NCBI GenBank assembly: GCA_965228475.1
Contig: OZ245817.1
Location: 3,840,001 to 3,904,000 of the forward strand
DNA: 64,000 bases
Source of the DNA: Myxococcota bacterium
GTDB taxonomy: Bacteria; Myxococcota_A; UBA9160; JAFDDA01
Reading direction: 5' to 3'
Both the position numbers and the translations under genes were made by a program. Below, in pieces: positions 28,480 to 37,989 of this stretch (position 1 is the stretch's first letter; each line of letters starts with the position of its first letter). The notes under the pieces are model-generated. The model saw only the letters and a list, made by a program, of their open reading frames with translations. It was not told the origin of the DNA and searched no databases.

Positions 28480-29717
28480 AACCCCTGCTCCGGTTCGCTC
28501 GCATCCCGAGCGTCGTCCTCTCGCTGCTCGCGCTCGGCTGTACCGTGACGCCGCCCCTGCCGCCCGGAGACGAGCCCCTCGTTCCGGCGAGCGCTCCGGT
28601 CTTCGATCACACCCTCGAGGACGTCCGGCTCGACGAGCTCGACCTCTCGCGCTTCTGGACCGAACGCACCGGCCCGCGCGAGCCCATCGTGATCCACCAC
28701 CGCACCTTCGCCGAGGTGGCCGAGGGCGTGCGCCACGGCGTGGTGAACATCTACACGCGCCGGGTCGAGAAGCGGCAGTTCCGCATCGGCGTCCACCCGA
28801 ACGATCTCCTGCCGATCCGCATTCCGATCGCTTCGCGGCTCCTCGACGTGATCCCGTTCCAAGTGCCGGTCCCCTTCCAGAGCGAGGGCTTCGCGCTCGG
28901 CTCGGGCTTCGTGGTGAACGACGGCGGCTACGTCCTGACCAACGCGCACGTGCTCGCCAACGCCACGGACGTGCGCGTCGTGTTCGCCGATGGCCGGCGC
29001 GAGTACCCGGCGCGCATCCTCGGGCGCGACCGGCTCACGGACACGGCCCTGCTGCGCGTCGAAGGCGAGCTTCCGGCGCGCCCGCTTCCCCTCGGCCGCT
29101 CGAACGAGCTCGACGTGGGCGAGATGGTGATGGCCGTCGGCAACCCGCTCGGACTCTCGCACACGGTCACGCAGGGCCTCGTCTCTGCGACCGAGCGCAC
29201 CGTGCCCGGCGAGAACGCCCCCTTCGTCGACTTCATCCAGACGGACTCGGCGATCAACCCCGGAAGCTCCGGCGGACCGCTCTTGAACCTCTACGGCGAG
29301 GTCGTCGGCATCAACACGGCGATCGTCTCGGACGCGCAGCTGATCGGCTTCGCCGTACCGATCGACACCGTGAAGCGCGTGCTCCCGCTCCTGATCCTCG
29401 GCGAGGCGCGCCGGGGCTGGCTCGGGGTGACGGTCGGCGCCGAAGACCCGGAGGTGCGCATGGAGCGCCTGTCCCAGGGGCGGATCCCGGGCGCCCCGGT
29501 CGAGGCCGTCGAAGCGGGAAGCCCCGCGGCCCTCGCGGGGCTCGAGGCCGGCGATCGGATCATCGGCATCAACGGCGAGATCACGCCGGGCCTCCAGGCC
29601 CTCCAGCGCCAGACCCTGGGGCTTCTGGCCGGGGAGACCGTCCGCCTGCGCGTCTCGCGCGGCGACGCCGAGCTGCGGCTCGAAGCCACCCTCGTCGCGC
29701 CGCCGCCGGAATCCTGA
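28476..29717 (+). CDS. HtrA/DegP-family serine protease with PDZ, lipoprotein
   Basis: LALGC lipobox, TNAHV, IQTDSAINPGSSGGPL; start uncertain (CTG overlapping upstream TGA). Confidence 0.88.
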   Translation: MKPLLRFARIPSVVLSLLALGCTVTPPLPPGDEPLVPASAPVFDHTLEDVRLDELDLSRFWTERTGPREPIVIHHRTFAEVAEGVRHGVVNIYTRRVEKRQFRIGVHPNDLLPIRIPIASRLLDVIPFQVPVPFQSEGFALGSGFVVNDGGYVLTNAHVLANATDVRVVFADGRREYPARILGRDRLTDTALLRVEGELPARPLPLGRSNELDVGEMVMAVGNPLGLSHTVTQGLVSATERTVPGENAPFVDFIQTDSAINPGSSGGPLLNLYGEVVGINTAIVSDAQLIGFAVPIDTVKRVLPLLILGEARRGWLGVTVGAEDPEVRMERLSQGRIPGAPVEAVEAGSPAALAGLEAGDRIIGINGEITPGLQALQRQTLGLLAGETVRLRVSRGDAELRLEATLVAPPPES

Positions 29718-29725
29718 ACCGCCCC

Positions 29726-31516
29726 TTGCCGCGCTCCGACCCGTTCGACGCCCCGCTCCGCCGCACCCTCCCCCTCGCCACGAAGCTCCTGTTCAGCGCG
29801 CCGAGCTTCGCCGGCGCCGCGATGGTGATCCCGATCGCGGTGCACATGACGAAGTTCTACTCGGACACGGTGCTCGTCCCGCTCGGCGTGCTCGGCATGG
29901 CGATCGCCTTCGCCCGCGCCTTCGACGCCATCACCGACCCGCTCGTCGGCTGGCTCTCGGACCGGACGCACACACGGTTCGGGCGGCGGCGGCCGTGGAT
30001 CTTCCTCGGCGGCCCGCTCTGCGGCATCGCCTTCTACTTCCTCTTCAGCCCGCCGGCCGGGCTCGATCCGGGCGGCGGCGGCGCGTGGTTCATCGCCTGC
30101 TACCTGCTCTACTTCCTCTTCCACACGGTCTACCTGGTTCCCTACCTCGCACTCGGCGCCGAGCTCAGCCTCGAGTACCACGACCGCACGTCGCTGTTCG
30201 CGATCCGGGAAGCCTTCGTCGTCGCCGGGACGCTCTTCGCCGCGGTCCTGCCCGGCCTGTTCACCGCCCGCATGGGCGAGCGCGAAGCGTTCTCGCTCTT
30301 TGCCGCGATCTTCGGCGCACTCGTCGGGATCCTCTACGCCGGGCTCGCCGTCCAGGTCCGCGAGCGCCGCGAGTTCTCCCTGCGCGCGGACAACCCCTTC
30401 GTCCCCGGCCTGCGACGCTCGCTGCGCAACCGGCCCTTCCGCCTGCTGCTCGGCATCGCCCTGTTCAACGGCATCCCCGGCACCCTCACCGGAACGCTCC
30501 TGCCCTTCTTCAACCAGTACGTCGTCCAGCCCGAAGACACGGCCTGGTGGCTGACCGCGACCCTCGGCGCCTACTTCGGCTCGGCGTTCCTCTTCATCCC
30601 GGTCTGGATGACGCTCACGCGCCGGCTCGGGAAGCGCAAAGCGATGATGGCGGCGCAGATCCTCGCCGCGAGCGTCTCGCTCCTGATCCTCGGCATCGGC
30701 CCGGGCGACAATGCCCCCCTGCTCGTCTTGCTCCTGCTCTCGGGGTCCACCTTCGGCGCCCTCTCCTTCATCATCCCCGCGATGAAGGCCGACGTGATCG
30801 ACCACGACGAACTCCACACCGGGCGGCGGCGCGAAGCGCAGTACACCGCCCTTTGGTCGATCCTCCCGAAGTTCGTGAACATCCCGGCGGCCGCGATCCC
30901 GATCGCCCTGCTCGCCACGCTCGGCTACGTCCCGAACCAGCCCCAGACCGAGACGGTCGTGACGGCCCTGCGCTGGATGTTCGGCCTGACCCCGGCGGTC
31001 TGCTTCCTCGTCGGCCTCTGGATGACGTGGCGCTTCCCGATCGAAGCGGAGACCCACGCCCGCATCCTCGACGGCATCGACGCCCACGCCCGCGGCGAGC
31101 CCGCCCTCGACCCGGTCACCGGGCGGACCCTCCCCCCGCCCGGAGCCGAACGCGTCGACGACGACACGGCCTGGTACCTCGACCACTTCTCGCCCCGCGA
31201 ACTCGCGGCGGCCCGCGAGGGCGGGCAGCCGGCCCTGCTCCGGCGCGTGGTTGCGGCCACGGGCCTCTCGGCCGGGGTGGCCGTGGTCTTCGGCGTCTCG
31301 GTCTTCGCGACGCTCCGCGACCTCTCCCAGGAGCCCGGTGTCGGCAGCGTCGGCGCCGTGGTGGTCGCGGGTCTCGGGCTCTGCGCGGTGATCGTGCATG
31401 CGATCCGGCTGGCCGCCGCGCGCGGCTTCGAGGCGCGCGGGATCCAGGCGGAGACCCTGGGGGTCCACCACGCCGAGGTGCTCGAAGCCCGGCAGGCCCA
31501 GAAAAATCCGAATTAG
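29726..31516 (+). CDS. MFS transporter, GPH (MelB-like) family, with C-terminal extension
   Basis: DAITDPLVGWLSDRT..RFGRRRPW, ADVIDHDE..GRRRE. Confidence 0.88.
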   Translation: MPRSDPFDAPLRRTLPLATKLLFSAPSFAGAAMVIPIAVHMTKFYSDTVLVPLGVLGMAIAFARAFDAITDPLVGWLSDRTHTRFGRRRPWIFLGGPLCGIAFYFLFSPPAGLDPGGGGAWFIACYLLYFLFHTVYLVPYLALGAELSLEYHDRTSLFAIREAFVVAGTLFAAVLPGLFTARMGEREAFSLFAAIFGALVGILYAGLAVQVRERREFSLRADNPFVPGLRRSLRNRPFRLLLGIALFNGIPGTLTGTLLPFFNQYVVQPEDTAWWLTATLGAYFGSAFLFIPVWMTLTRRLGKRKAMMAAQILAASVSLLILGIGPGDNAPLLVLLLLSGSTFGALSFIIPAMKADVIDHDELHTGRRREAQYTALWSILPKFVNIPAAAIPIALLATLGYVPNQPQTETVVTALRWMFGLTPAVCFLVGLWMTWRFPIEAETHARILDGIDAHARGEPALDPVTGRTLPPPGAERVDDDTAWYLDHFSPRELAAAREGGQPALLRRVVAATGLSAGVAVVFGVSVFATLRDLSQEPGVGSVGAVVVAGLGLCAVIVHAIRLAAARGFEARGIQAETLGVHHAEVLEARQAQKNPN

Positions 31517-31558
31517 ACGTCGGATTTTCTTGAACCCGGCCCGGGGCCCATTTACCCT
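31503..31558 (+). promoter_or_regulatory. Inverted repeat (terminator or operator) plus sigma70-like promoter
   Basis: AAAATCCGA-8bp-TCGGATTTT, then TTGAAC-17bp-TACCCT before the ferritin-like gene. Confidence 0.4.
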
Positions 31559-31615
31559 TCCCCCTCGAATTCGCCGGCTCCGAGCCCGCGAGACGCGCCC
31601 ACGAAGGAGACCCGC

Positions 31616-32635
31616 ATGGCCGAGGCACCCGTCGTCAACCAGATGGAGCAGCTCGACAAAGAGCTCGAAGTCATCCTCACGTCCTTCGACACCAACTACG
31701 TCTGGAACTACGGCGACCTCAAGCAGGGTCTCCGCGACCTCTACGAGAAGGCCAAGCGCGAGCAGTGGAACTCGACGACCCAGCTCCAGTGGGACACCCA
31801 GGTCGACCCCGAGAGCGAGATCGTCCCGACGCCGGTGAACCCGCTCGAGGACTTCGGCCCCTACATGAAGCTCAACGAGAAGGAGAAGAACCGGCTGCGC
31901 CATGCGCAGATCGCGCTCCAGCTCTCGCAGTTCCTCCACGGCGAGCAGGGCGCGCTGATCGTCGCCTCCCAGCTCGTCGGCGGCGTGCCGTGGATCGACG
32001 CGAAGTACTACGCCGGAAGCCAGACGATGGACGAGGCGCGCCACGTCGAGGTCTTCAGCAAGTACCTCCACGACAAGCTCGAGTGGGAGTGGCCGATCAC
32101 GCCGAGCCTGAAGGAGCTGCTCGACGCGACCATCCAGGACAGCCGCTGGGACTTCAAGTACCTCGGCATGCAGATCATGATCGAGGGTCTCGCGATGGCG
32201 GCCTTCGGCAGCCTCTACCGGATGTGCCAGGAGCCGCTGCTGAAGGAGCTCCTCCACTACGTGATGCGCGACGAGTCGCGCCACGTGGCCTTCGGCGTGG
32301 TGTCCCTGCAGGACTACTACAAGGACATGCCGGCGAACGAGCTCGCCGACCGCGAAGACTTCATCATCTACTCCGCCGAGCTCATGAAGAACCGCCTGGT
32401 CGGCAGCCAGATCGCCGACGCGATGGGCTGGGACCAGGACGCCGTCCAGGAACACGTGCTCCAGTCCCAGGCCGGCCAGCTCTTCCGCAAGATGATCTTC
32501 ATGCGCGTGGTGCCGAACCTGAAGCGGCTCGGCCTGCTGACCCCGAAGGTCCGCCAGGCGTTCACGGAGCTCGAGATCATCCAGTTCGAGGACTTCGACG
32601 CGGAAGCCGACGACCGCGCGCTCGGGCTCGCCTGA
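31616..32635 (+). CDS. Ferritin-like diiron protein (AurF/R2-like fold)
   Basis: HGEQGAL, DEARH, IEGLA, DESRH diiron ligands; AAGGAG RBS. Confidence 0.85.
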   Translation: MAEAPVVNQMEQLDKELEVILTSFDTNYVWNYGDLKQGLRDLYEKAKREQWNSTTQLQWDTQVDPESEIVPTPVNPLEDFGPYMKLNEKEKNRLRHAQIALQLSQFLHGEQGALIVASQLVGGVPWIDAKYYAGSQTMDEARHVEVFSKYLHDKLEWEWPITPSLKELLDATIQDSRWDFKYLGMQIMIEGLAMAAFGSLYRMCQEPLLKELLHYVMRDESRHVAFGVVSLQDYYKDMPANELADREDFIIYSAELMKNRLVGSQIADAMGWDQDAVQEHVLQSQAGQLFRKMIFMRVVPNLKRLGLLTPKVRQAFTELEIIQFEDFDAEADDRALGLA

Positions 32636-32867
32636 CCGCCGAGCCCGCACGCGAAGCTCGGGCGAGGAGCGCGGCCGGTCGGCCGGATCTGTCGCAGCAT
32701 CGCGCGTGCGCAGGCCGTCGGCACCGCCGTCGCAAGGCTGAAGAAATCACGATGAAACCGAGCGCCTAGGGGCTCAGACCCCGGCGCCAACGGTCCGATG
32801 GGTGGGGTGTGAGTGTCACCCCCCGAGGCATCCCGCGCGCTCGGCTCGCACCCGGCCTGGTCCGGCC

Positions 32868-34469
32868 GTGAAGCCCGTCTCCCCGCCGAGCTGGCTGCCG
32901 GTGCGGCCCGGCGAATGGCCCCTGGTCCTCGCGACCGGGACCTTCGCCTTCCTGGCCGTCGCCCTCGCCATCGTGCTGCGCACGTGGTCGGACGCGGTCT
33001 TCCTCACGTACTTCGACGTCTCCTGGGTTCCGTGGCTGTTCGTCGCGGCCGCGGTGGTCTTCGTCCCCGCGACCTTCGGCTACGCCTGGATGGCGCCCCG
33101 GCTCGGTGCGGTCTGGCTGAACACGCTGCTCCTCGGCGCCTTCGGCATCGCGACGGTCGCCTGCGCTCGCTACGCCCAGGCGCCCTTCGGCGTCTTCGCC
33201 GCCGTCCTCGTGGTGAGCGTGTTCTCGCCGCTGGCGAACGTCATCTGTTGGAACACCATCCTCGATCGCCTCGACAGCCGGCAGTCCCGGCGCCTCGTCC
33301 CCGTGATCGGCGGCATCTCGACCTTCGGCGCCATCGGCGGCGGGGCCCTCGGCGGCGAGCTCGCGGCAATCCACGGTCACGAGGCGCTCGTGTGGATGTC
33401 CTTCGCGCTGCTGCTCTTCATGACGCCGCTGCCGCTCGTGCTCTCGGCCCCCCTGCGCCGGCGCGCGCCGCGGCACTCACCAGGCATCCAGGAGGGCTTC
33501 CAATCTCTCGCCCGCAACCGGCTGATCGGCGTGGTCGCGATGGCGACGTTCCTGATGGCGCTCTCGACCAACGTCATCGACTACCAGTTCAAGGCCCACG
33601 CCCAGGCGGCGCTCCCGAAGGAAGCGCTCGGCACCTTCTTCGCGCGCTTCCACGGCGGGACGAACCTCGCCGTGCTCGCCGTCCAGTTCTTCGTCGCGCC
33701 CGTCGTCATGCGCCGCTTCGGCGTCGGACTCGCCTTCGCGCTCCATCCGGCGATCCTGATCGGCGGCGCCGTCCTGACGCTCTTCATGCCCGTGCTGGCG
33801 GCCGTCGTGGCCCTGCGCTTCGCGGACACGGTGCTCAAGTTCACCTTCCACAAGAACTCGAACGACCTGGCCCTCACGCCCGTCCCCGCCCACGACCGTC
33901 ACCAGGCGATGGTGTTCCTGAAGGGGGTGGTCTACCCGCTCGGCGGCATCGCGGCGGGCGTGCTGCTCGCCGGCTCGGCGGCGCTCGGCTTCGACCTCAT
34001 GGCCTCGGCGGGCTTCTGGATCATGCTGCTCTCGAGCCTCTGGCTCCTGCTCGCGCGCCAGGTCCGCATGAACTACCTGCAGCAGATCGGCGAGAAGCTC
34101 TCGATCGACCTGCACCCGGTCCGCGCCCCGTCTCCCGAGCCGCCGCGCAACCTGATGAACGCCGTGAAGGGGCAGGTCGTGAAGATCCGCGAGCTCCAGC
34201 GCTCCCTGCGCGAGACGCGCGACCCGGAGGTCGGCACGGCGATCCAGCGCGCGCTCGACGATCTCTTCGGCACGATGGGGGACCTGATCGGCGACCCGCG
34301 CGCCGTCGAGGCCGCCGCCCAGCGCTACCTCTACGGGGACGGCTCCGAGCGCGCCAGCGCCGTCGAGTTGCTCGACACGCTGCTCGACACGCACCGCGTC
34401 CCCGACGCCACCGACCTGCTCGACTCGCTCTCGCGCGACCGCATGCGCGGGCTGCTCGCCGTCAGCTAG
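32868..34469 (+). CDS. Multi-pass membrane protein, nucleotide-transporter (TLC/NTT)-like, with short helical C-terminal tail
   Basis: ~12 TMs; VRPGEW start, W..ILDRLDSRQSRRL, IDYQFK pattern. Confidence 0.6.
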   Translation: MKPVSPPSWLPVRPGEWPLVLATGTFAFLAVALAIVLRTWSDAVFLTYFDVSWVPWLFVAAAVVFVPATFGYAWMAPRLGAVWLNTLLLGAFGIATVACARYAQAPFGVFAAVLVVSVFSPLANVICWNTILDRLDSRQSRRLVPVIGGISTFGAIGGGALGGELAAIHGHEALVWMSFALLLFMTPLPLVLSAPLRRRAPRHSPGIQEGFQSLARNRLIGVVAMATFLMALSTNVIDYQFKAHAQAALPKEALGTFFARFHGGTNLAVLAVQFFVAPVVMRRFGVGLAFALHPAILIGGAVLTLFMPVLAAVVALRFADTVLKFTFHKNSNDLALTPVPAHDRHQAMVFLKGVVYPLGGIAAGVLLAGSAALGFDLMASAGFWIMLLSSLWLLLARQVRMNYLQQIGEKLSIDLHPVRAPSPEPPRNLMNAVKGQVVKIRELQRSLRETRDPEVGTAIQRALDDLFGTMGDLIGDPRAVEAAAQRYLYGDGSERASAVELLDTLLDTHRVPDATDLLDSLSRDRMRGLLAVS

Positions 34470-34515
34470 GCCGGTCTCCAATACAGACGGGTTCCAGACG
34501 GGGCTGCGGCGCGCC

Positions 34516-35619
34516 CTAGAGCGACTCGTAGCCCTCGTTGACCCAGGCCTCGAGATCTTCCGGGATGTCGGCATCCGAGTTCGCGTAGCGCTCGGCGGCT
34601 TCGGCGCCCTGGGTCTGGGTCCACATCTCCTTGAAGTGGCCGGCGGTCCGCTCGTCGTAGAGGCCGATCTTGCGAAGCGTCGGAATGATGAACCCGGAGA
34701 CGGGCCCGTAGCGGCCGCCCGTGCGGGCGAGCTGGTCGCGGATCAGATCCCGCTCGCTCGCGAGCTTCATCATGGCTTCGATCGGGTCGACGCCGGCCTG
34801 CTCCCAGACGGACTCGATGCGCTCGCGCATGGTGTTCCCGGCGCGCGAGGCCATGAGCATGCGCGTCGCCTCGAAGGCGTAGTCCGAGAGCTCTACGCGC
34901 TCCGGCTCGGAGAGCGTCGGCACCATCCGCGCGAGGTACTTGATGCCGTATCCCGTGTGGCGCGCCTCGTCCCGCGAGACGTAGGTGAGAAGCTTCTTCA
35001 GGAGCGGCTCCTCGGTCTGGTTGCGCATGTCGCGGAAGAAGTAGAGCGCGAGTCCCTCGGTGACGACCTGCATCCCCACCGCCTTCTTCATCCAATCCTC
35101 GGTGCCGAGCACTCCGTCGAGAAGCTCGCGCAGCCCGGGCGAGATCTCGTGGACCTCCTCGAGCTTCTGGATGTACGCGGCGAACGCCTCGACGTGGCGG
35201 GCTTCGTCGAGGGTCTGGGTGGCGGCGTAGAACTTGCCGTCCATGTGCGGCACCGCGTTCACGAGCTGCGCCGCCACCATCAACGCGCCCTGCTCGCCGT
35301 GCAGGAAGTTCGAGAGCATGAACGCGGCCGACGTGCGCGAAACGCTCCAGCGGACGTCGAGGGAGAGGCTCTTCCAGAAGTCCGTTTCGGAGATCGGGAT
35401 CCCGCCCATGGAGAAGGTCTGCGTGAAGGCCTCGCGGTCGATCTCGCTCTCCCAATCGAGGTCCCGCAGCGCGATCCACTGGCGCTCGAGGGCGTTGGCG
35501 TAGAGCGTGCGGATCTCCTCGACCTCGGGCTCGTAGTTCCACTGGTAGAGCGCGGTCAGCGCCGCGCGCGTGCTCGAGGTGTTCGGGTGCGTTTCGGGAA
35601 GCTCGGGAGCGTGACTCAT
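34516..35619 (-). CDS. Ferritin-like diiron protein (paralog of 31616-32635)
   Basis: FLHGEQGAL, DEARH, TEGLA, DEARH; ATGA coupling with upstream hydrolase. Confidence 0.85.
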   Translation of the reverse strand: MSHAPELPETHPNTSSTRAALTALYQWNYEPEVEEIRTLYANALERQWIALRDLDWESEIDREAFTQTFSMGGIPISETDFWKSLSLDVRWSVSRTSAAFMLSNFLHGEQGALMVAAQLVNAVPHMDGKFYAATQTLDEARHVEAFAAYIQKLEEVHEISPGLRELLDGVLGTEDWMKKAVGMQVVTEGLALYFFRDMRNQTEEPLLKKLLTYVSRDEARHTGYGIKYLARMVPTLSEPERVELSDYAFEATRMLMASRAGNTMRERIESVWEQAGVDPIEAMMKLASERDLIRDQLARTGGRYGPVSGFIIPTLRKIGLYDERTAGHFKEMWTQTQGAEAAERYANSDADIPEDLEAWVNEGYESL

Positions 35620-36650
35620 GATGCGACCTGTCTCGCCGCCGAGGGCCGTGCGGCGGTGCGAGCGTGGAAGGCGGCGATGGCGCGGTCGTGCCACGGGATG
35701 CGGGAATCCTCGGAGTGGAAGCCGACGTGGCCTCCACCGGCGGGAAGCAGCGGCTCGAGGTTCGAGTTGCAGGACCAGTCGAAGCCGCTGTAGAGCTCCC
35801 CGGGGATCCAGGGGTCGTCGAGGGCGTGGATCAGCAGCGTCGGCACCGGGATCTCGGCGAGGAAGCGCCGGGCGTGGCTCTCTTCGTAGTAGTGGGCGGC
35901 GTCGCGGAAGCCGTTGCGCGGCGCGACGAAGCGCTCGTCGAACTCCCAGATCGAGCGAACGGTGCGCACGGCCTCCCGCTCCTCGTCGGTCGTCCGAGCG
36001 CCCTCGCCGAGGGCTTCGTTGCGCATGCTCGAGAGCATCCAGGCGTGGTAGATGCGATTGCGCGGACGGAGGAAGTTGCGGGAGCTCTCGGCGAGGTCGA
36101 TCGGCGCCGAGACCGACGCCCCGGCGACGATCGGGAAGTCCCGCCCGGACTCGGCCAGGAACTTCAGCAGCGCGTTGCCACCGAGGGAGTAGCCGACGAG
36201 CAGCAGGCCGTTCCGGTCGAGCCCCCGCGGCAGCGCCGCGAGCACCTCCCGCAGGTCCTCGGTCCGGCCGGCGTGATACTGCTGGCGACACGAATCGCGC
36301 GAGGGGCCCGCACCCCGCAGGTTCAGGCGCAGCACCGTGTGCCCGGCCTCGAGCCAGAAGGCCGCGCTCGCGATCAGGTACGCGCTGTCCTCGCAACCCG
36401 AGAGGCCGTGGATCAGGACGACACAGGGTGCATCGGAAGCCGGCTCGGGGGGATGATCGAGCCGGCCGAGCAGCACGTCGCCATCGAGCATGGGAAAACG
36501 CACGCGCTCGGTCCGGGCGGCGCGCGGCTCGGTGACGGGCCCGCGCAGCATGTTCCGCACGGTCTGGAGGTCGGCCCCGAGCCAGGGACGGCGGGCCCGG
36601 AAGGCCGGCATCGGCCCGGAACCCATGGCCGAGAACGTCGCTTGCTGCAT
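35616..36650 (-). CDS. YheT-like alpha/beta hydrolase
   Basis: HGLSG, GYSLGG, DDP, GGHVGF. Confidence 0.88.
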   Translation of the reverse strand: MQQATFSAMGSGPMPAFRARRPWLGADLQTVRNMLRGPVTEPRAARTERVRFPMLDGDVLLGRLDHPPEPASDAPCVVLIHGLSGCEDSAYLIASAAFWLEAGHTVLRLNLRGAGPSRDSCRQQYHAGRTEDLREVLAALPRGLDRNGLLLVGYSLGGNALLKFLAESGRDFPIVAGASVSAPIDLAESSRNFLRPRNRIYHAWMLSSMRNEALGEGARTTDEEREAVRTVRSIWEFDERFVAPRNGFRDAAHYYEESHARRFLAEIPVPTLLIHALDDPWIPGELYSGFDWSCNSNLEPLLPAGGGHVGFHSEDSRIPWHDRAIAAFHARTAARPSAARQVAS

Positions 36651-36742
36651 CGCCGATCATTGTGACGGCGACGCCTGGGTGTGACAACATGTTTGGCCTC
36701 GCGTGGGCCGGCGTCCCGGAGGGGGCGGCGGCCGGAGGGGCG

Positions 36743-37135
36743 ATGTCACAGCAGGCGATCGAGGTGATCCTGACGAGCCGGCTGGCGGCGCACCTCTCGA
36801 TGGCGACGTTCCTGGTGGACGCCGAAGGCCGCCCCCTGCACATGAACGCGCGCGCCCACGAGATCCTCGGGGAACGCCTCGAGGACACCCGCGACATCAC
36901 GGCGCGCGACCTCGCGACCCTCTTCGAGACCCGCGACATGGACGGCAAGCCCATCCCGGCCGAGAAGCTGCCGCTCGTCATCGCGCTCGAGAAGCGCCAC
37001 CCCTCCCACGCACGCCTGCGCGTGCGCGGCGTCGAGGGTCAGGACCGCGACGTCGCCGTCACCGCCATCCCCCTGGTCGGCCAGGGGAGCCGCTTCGTCG
37101 GCGCCATCGCCTTCTTCTGGGAGCTCCCGAAATGA
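36743..37135 (+). CDS. Stand-alone PAS-domain protein
   Basis: FLVDAEG...MN..A.EILG PAS pattern; GGAGG RBS. Confidence 0.7.
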   Translation: MSQQAIEVILTSRLAAHLSMATFLVDAEGRPLHMNARAHEILGERLEDTRDITARDLATLFETRDMDGKPIPAEKLPLVIALEKRHPSHARLRVRGVEGQDRDVAVTAIPLVGQGSRFVGAIAFFWELPK

Positions 37136-37974
37136 AAGTCACGCTGTGGGGAACGCGCGGAAGCATTCCGACTCCGGGCCCGGAGACGGCACGGTTCGGC
37201 GGCAACACGAGCTGCGTCCAGGTCGAAGGCGATGATGGGACGAACCTCGTCCTCGACGCCGGGACCGGCATCCGCCGCCTCGGCGACGCGATCGATCACC
37301 TGAACCGCGTCGACCTGCTGCTCTCCCACCTGCACATGGACCACATCCAGGGCCTCGGCTTCTTCGCGCCGCTCTACGACCCCGAGACCGAGGTGCACAT
37401 CTGGGGGCCGGCGAGCACGACCCAGGGACTCGGCAGCCGCCTCACGCGCTACCTGGCACCGCCCCTGTTCCCGGTGCTGCTGCGCGACCTGCCCTGCGAA
37501 CTGCACCTCCACGAAGTGCCGTGCGGACGTTTCCAGATCGGGGGGTTCACGGTGGAAGCCGCCATGGTCTGCCATCCCGGGCCGACCGTCGGCTACCGGA
37601 TCCGCGAGGGAGACCGGACGCTCTGCTACCTCTCGGACCACGAGCCGGCCCTCGGGCTCGAGCGCTTCGACCTCGACGCCCTCGAACCCGATTGGGTCTC
37701 GGGCTACGACCTGGCCGAGGGCGCGGACCTCCTGATCCACGACGCCCAGTACACGGACGAAGAGTACGAGGAGCGGGTCGGCTGGGGACACTCTTCGGTG
37801 TCGCAGGTGCTGACGTTCGCGCGCCTGGCGCGCGTGAAGCACCTCGTCGCCTTCCACCACGACCCCGCCCGTAACGACGAAGCCCTCGAGCAGGTGATTG
37901 CCCGCGCCGAGCGCAGCGCGGACGTGCCGTTCAAGATCACCCCCGGCGCCGAGGGTCAGACCTTCGAGCTCTGA
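37132..37974 (+). CDS. Metallo-beta-lactamase-fold hydrolase (phosphodiesterase-like)
   Basis: WGTRGS, GGNTSC, SHLHMDH, HDAQY, GHS, HHDP; ATGA coupling. Confidence 0.85.
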   Translation: MKVTLWGTRGSIPTPGPETARFGGNTSCVQVEGDDGTNLVLDAGTGIRRLGDAIDHLNRVDLLLSHLHMDHIQGLGFFAPLYDPETEVHIWGPASTTQGLGSRLTRYLAPPLFPVLLRDLPCELHLHEVPCGRFQIGGFTVEAAMVCHPGPTVGYRIREGDRTLCYLSDHEPALGLERFDLDALEPDWVSGYDLAEGADLLIHDAQYTDEEYEERVGWGHSSVSQVLTFARLARVKHLVAFHHDPARNDEALEQVIARAERSADVPFKITPGAEGQTFEL

Positions 37975-37989
37975 GGTGCGGCGCGGCCG

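Noticed and set aside
32768..32825. REP-like or ncRNA hairpin in 230-bp intergenic region
   Set aside because: Single imperfect stem, no second copy or promoter/terminator support
34485..34505. Short CAGACGGG direct repeat between convergent genes
   Set aside because: Only 8 bp; could be chance
36661..36690. CRP-like site (TGTGAC twice)
   Set aside because: No TCACA half-site at the required spacing
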